Below are positions 40,855-41,150 of a stretch of 41,150 nucleotides of DNA, piece by piece. Made by a program: the position numbers and the translations under genes. The notes under the pieces are model-generated. The model made no database searches. It was not told where the DNA came from and worked only from the letters and a program-made list of their open reading frames with translations. The stretch's first letter is position 1. Each line of letters opens with the position of its first letter. The DNA comes from a candidate division WOR-3 bacterium (GTDB taxonomy: Bacteria > Hydrothermota > Tepidihabitantia > Tepidihabitantales > JBDRVQ01). The stretch lies in the NCBI GenBank assembly GCA_039802085.1, contig JBDRVU010000002.1, positions 1 to 41,150 on the forward strand. The letters are read 5' to 3'.

Positions 40855-41150
40855 ATGTTTGGAAGGAAGTTAACTTTTCCTGGCGGCATAAAACCCAAGG
40901 GTTTTAAGAAGTTGACGAAGGATTGTCCGATTGAAGTATTGCCGGAGCCGAAATCGGTTACTATCTTTTTCCACCAGGTGATTCCCACTGGCAATCCCTC
41001 CATCCCGATTGTGAAACCCGGAGATAAAGTGAAAAGAGGGGAGAAGATTGGCGCCGGGGAAGGCAAAATTTCTTCGCCCGTCCATTCACCCATCTCCGGT
41101 ATCGTTCGGGAGATAAAAGAATTTCCCCATCCCGTCTTAGGAAGGAAGAG
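40855..41150 (+). CDS. rnfC: electron transport complex (Rnf) subunit C, N-terminal part; runs off the window end
   Basis: Not in the ORF track because it is open at the edge. My translation is MFGRKLTFPGGIKPKGFKKLTKDCPIEVLPEPKSVTIFFHQVIPTGNPSIPIVKPGDKVKRGEKIGAGEGKISSPVHSPISGIVREIKEF... This matches the RnfC N-terminal barrel-sandwich pattern (F.GGI.P......T....I..LP.P..V.I...Q.....P.V..GD.V..G..I......S..VH...SG.V..I). The track ORFs 40836..41093(-) and 40870..41085(-) are antisense to it. Confidence 0.8.
   Translation, partial: MFGRKLTFPGGIKPKGFKKLTKDCPIEVLPEPKSVTIFFHQVIPTGNPSIPIVKPGDKVKRGEKIGAGEGKISSPVHSPISGIVREIKEFPHPVLGRK

Noticed and set aside
40836-41093. Two overlapping minus-strand ORFs at the window end.
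   Set aside because: They are antisense to the rnfC N-terminal reading frame, which has a consensus promoter and a family-typical sequence.
1-41150. A defence island, prophage, integrative element or biosynthetic gene cluster.
   Set aside because: I could not find any integrase, transposase, recombinase, phage structural gene, restriction-modification, toxin-antitoxin, reverse transcriptase, Cas, nuclease-helicase pair or core biosynthetic enzyme. The gene content is housekeeping plus secreted hydrolases.

Overview
This is a 41.15-kb, moderately AT-rich chromosomal window. It looks like an uncultivated anaerobic bacterium of an FCB-type lineage: three secreted proteins end in T9SS/FlgD-Ig-like C-terminal sorting domains, and a membrane pyrophosphatase and RnfC are present. 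All protein identifications rest on my reading of motifs in the supplied translations; no database search was possible.

Content is mostly housekeeping:
- deoC (partial) and cysS
- a TetR-TolC-MFP-RND efflux operon
- isoaspartyl peptidase and hppA
- adk-map-infA-rpmJ (rpmJ is absent from the ORF track)
- ftsY, yggS, era, accA, a tryptophanase-family lyase, pyrB-pyrC, a fabG-like SDR, and rnfC (partial)

Interspersed with these are exported or lipoprotein genes: a 20-repeat LVIVD protein, a PKD/PQQ-propeller lipoprotein, two HExxH metalloproteases and a metallophosphoesterase. A PAS histidine kinase and a stand-alone receiver are also present. I found no rRNA, tRNA, CRISPR array, transposase, integrase, prophage or recognisable defence genes, and no clear multi-gene novel system.

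The signals the ORFs do not explain are non-coding:
1. A 700-bp ORF-free island (33.83-34.52 kb) holds a position-perfect sigma-54 promoter, an upstream 16-bp palindrome, about 80 nt of ORF-less transcript and a strong terminator. This is a candidate sigma-54-dependent sRNA.
2. A second ORF-free island (13.44-13.86 kb) sits behind a perfect TTGACA-16-TATAAT promoter and shares short motifs with the first island.
3. An identical 26-nt dual-hairpin repeat lies just upstream of the start codons of both the kinase and the receiver.
4. An aromatic-rich 16-codon uORF is stop/start-coupled (TAATG) to the tryptophanase-family gene.
5. At many operon-first genes the ATG sits 5-10 nt after the -10 box, implying leaderless mRNAs.
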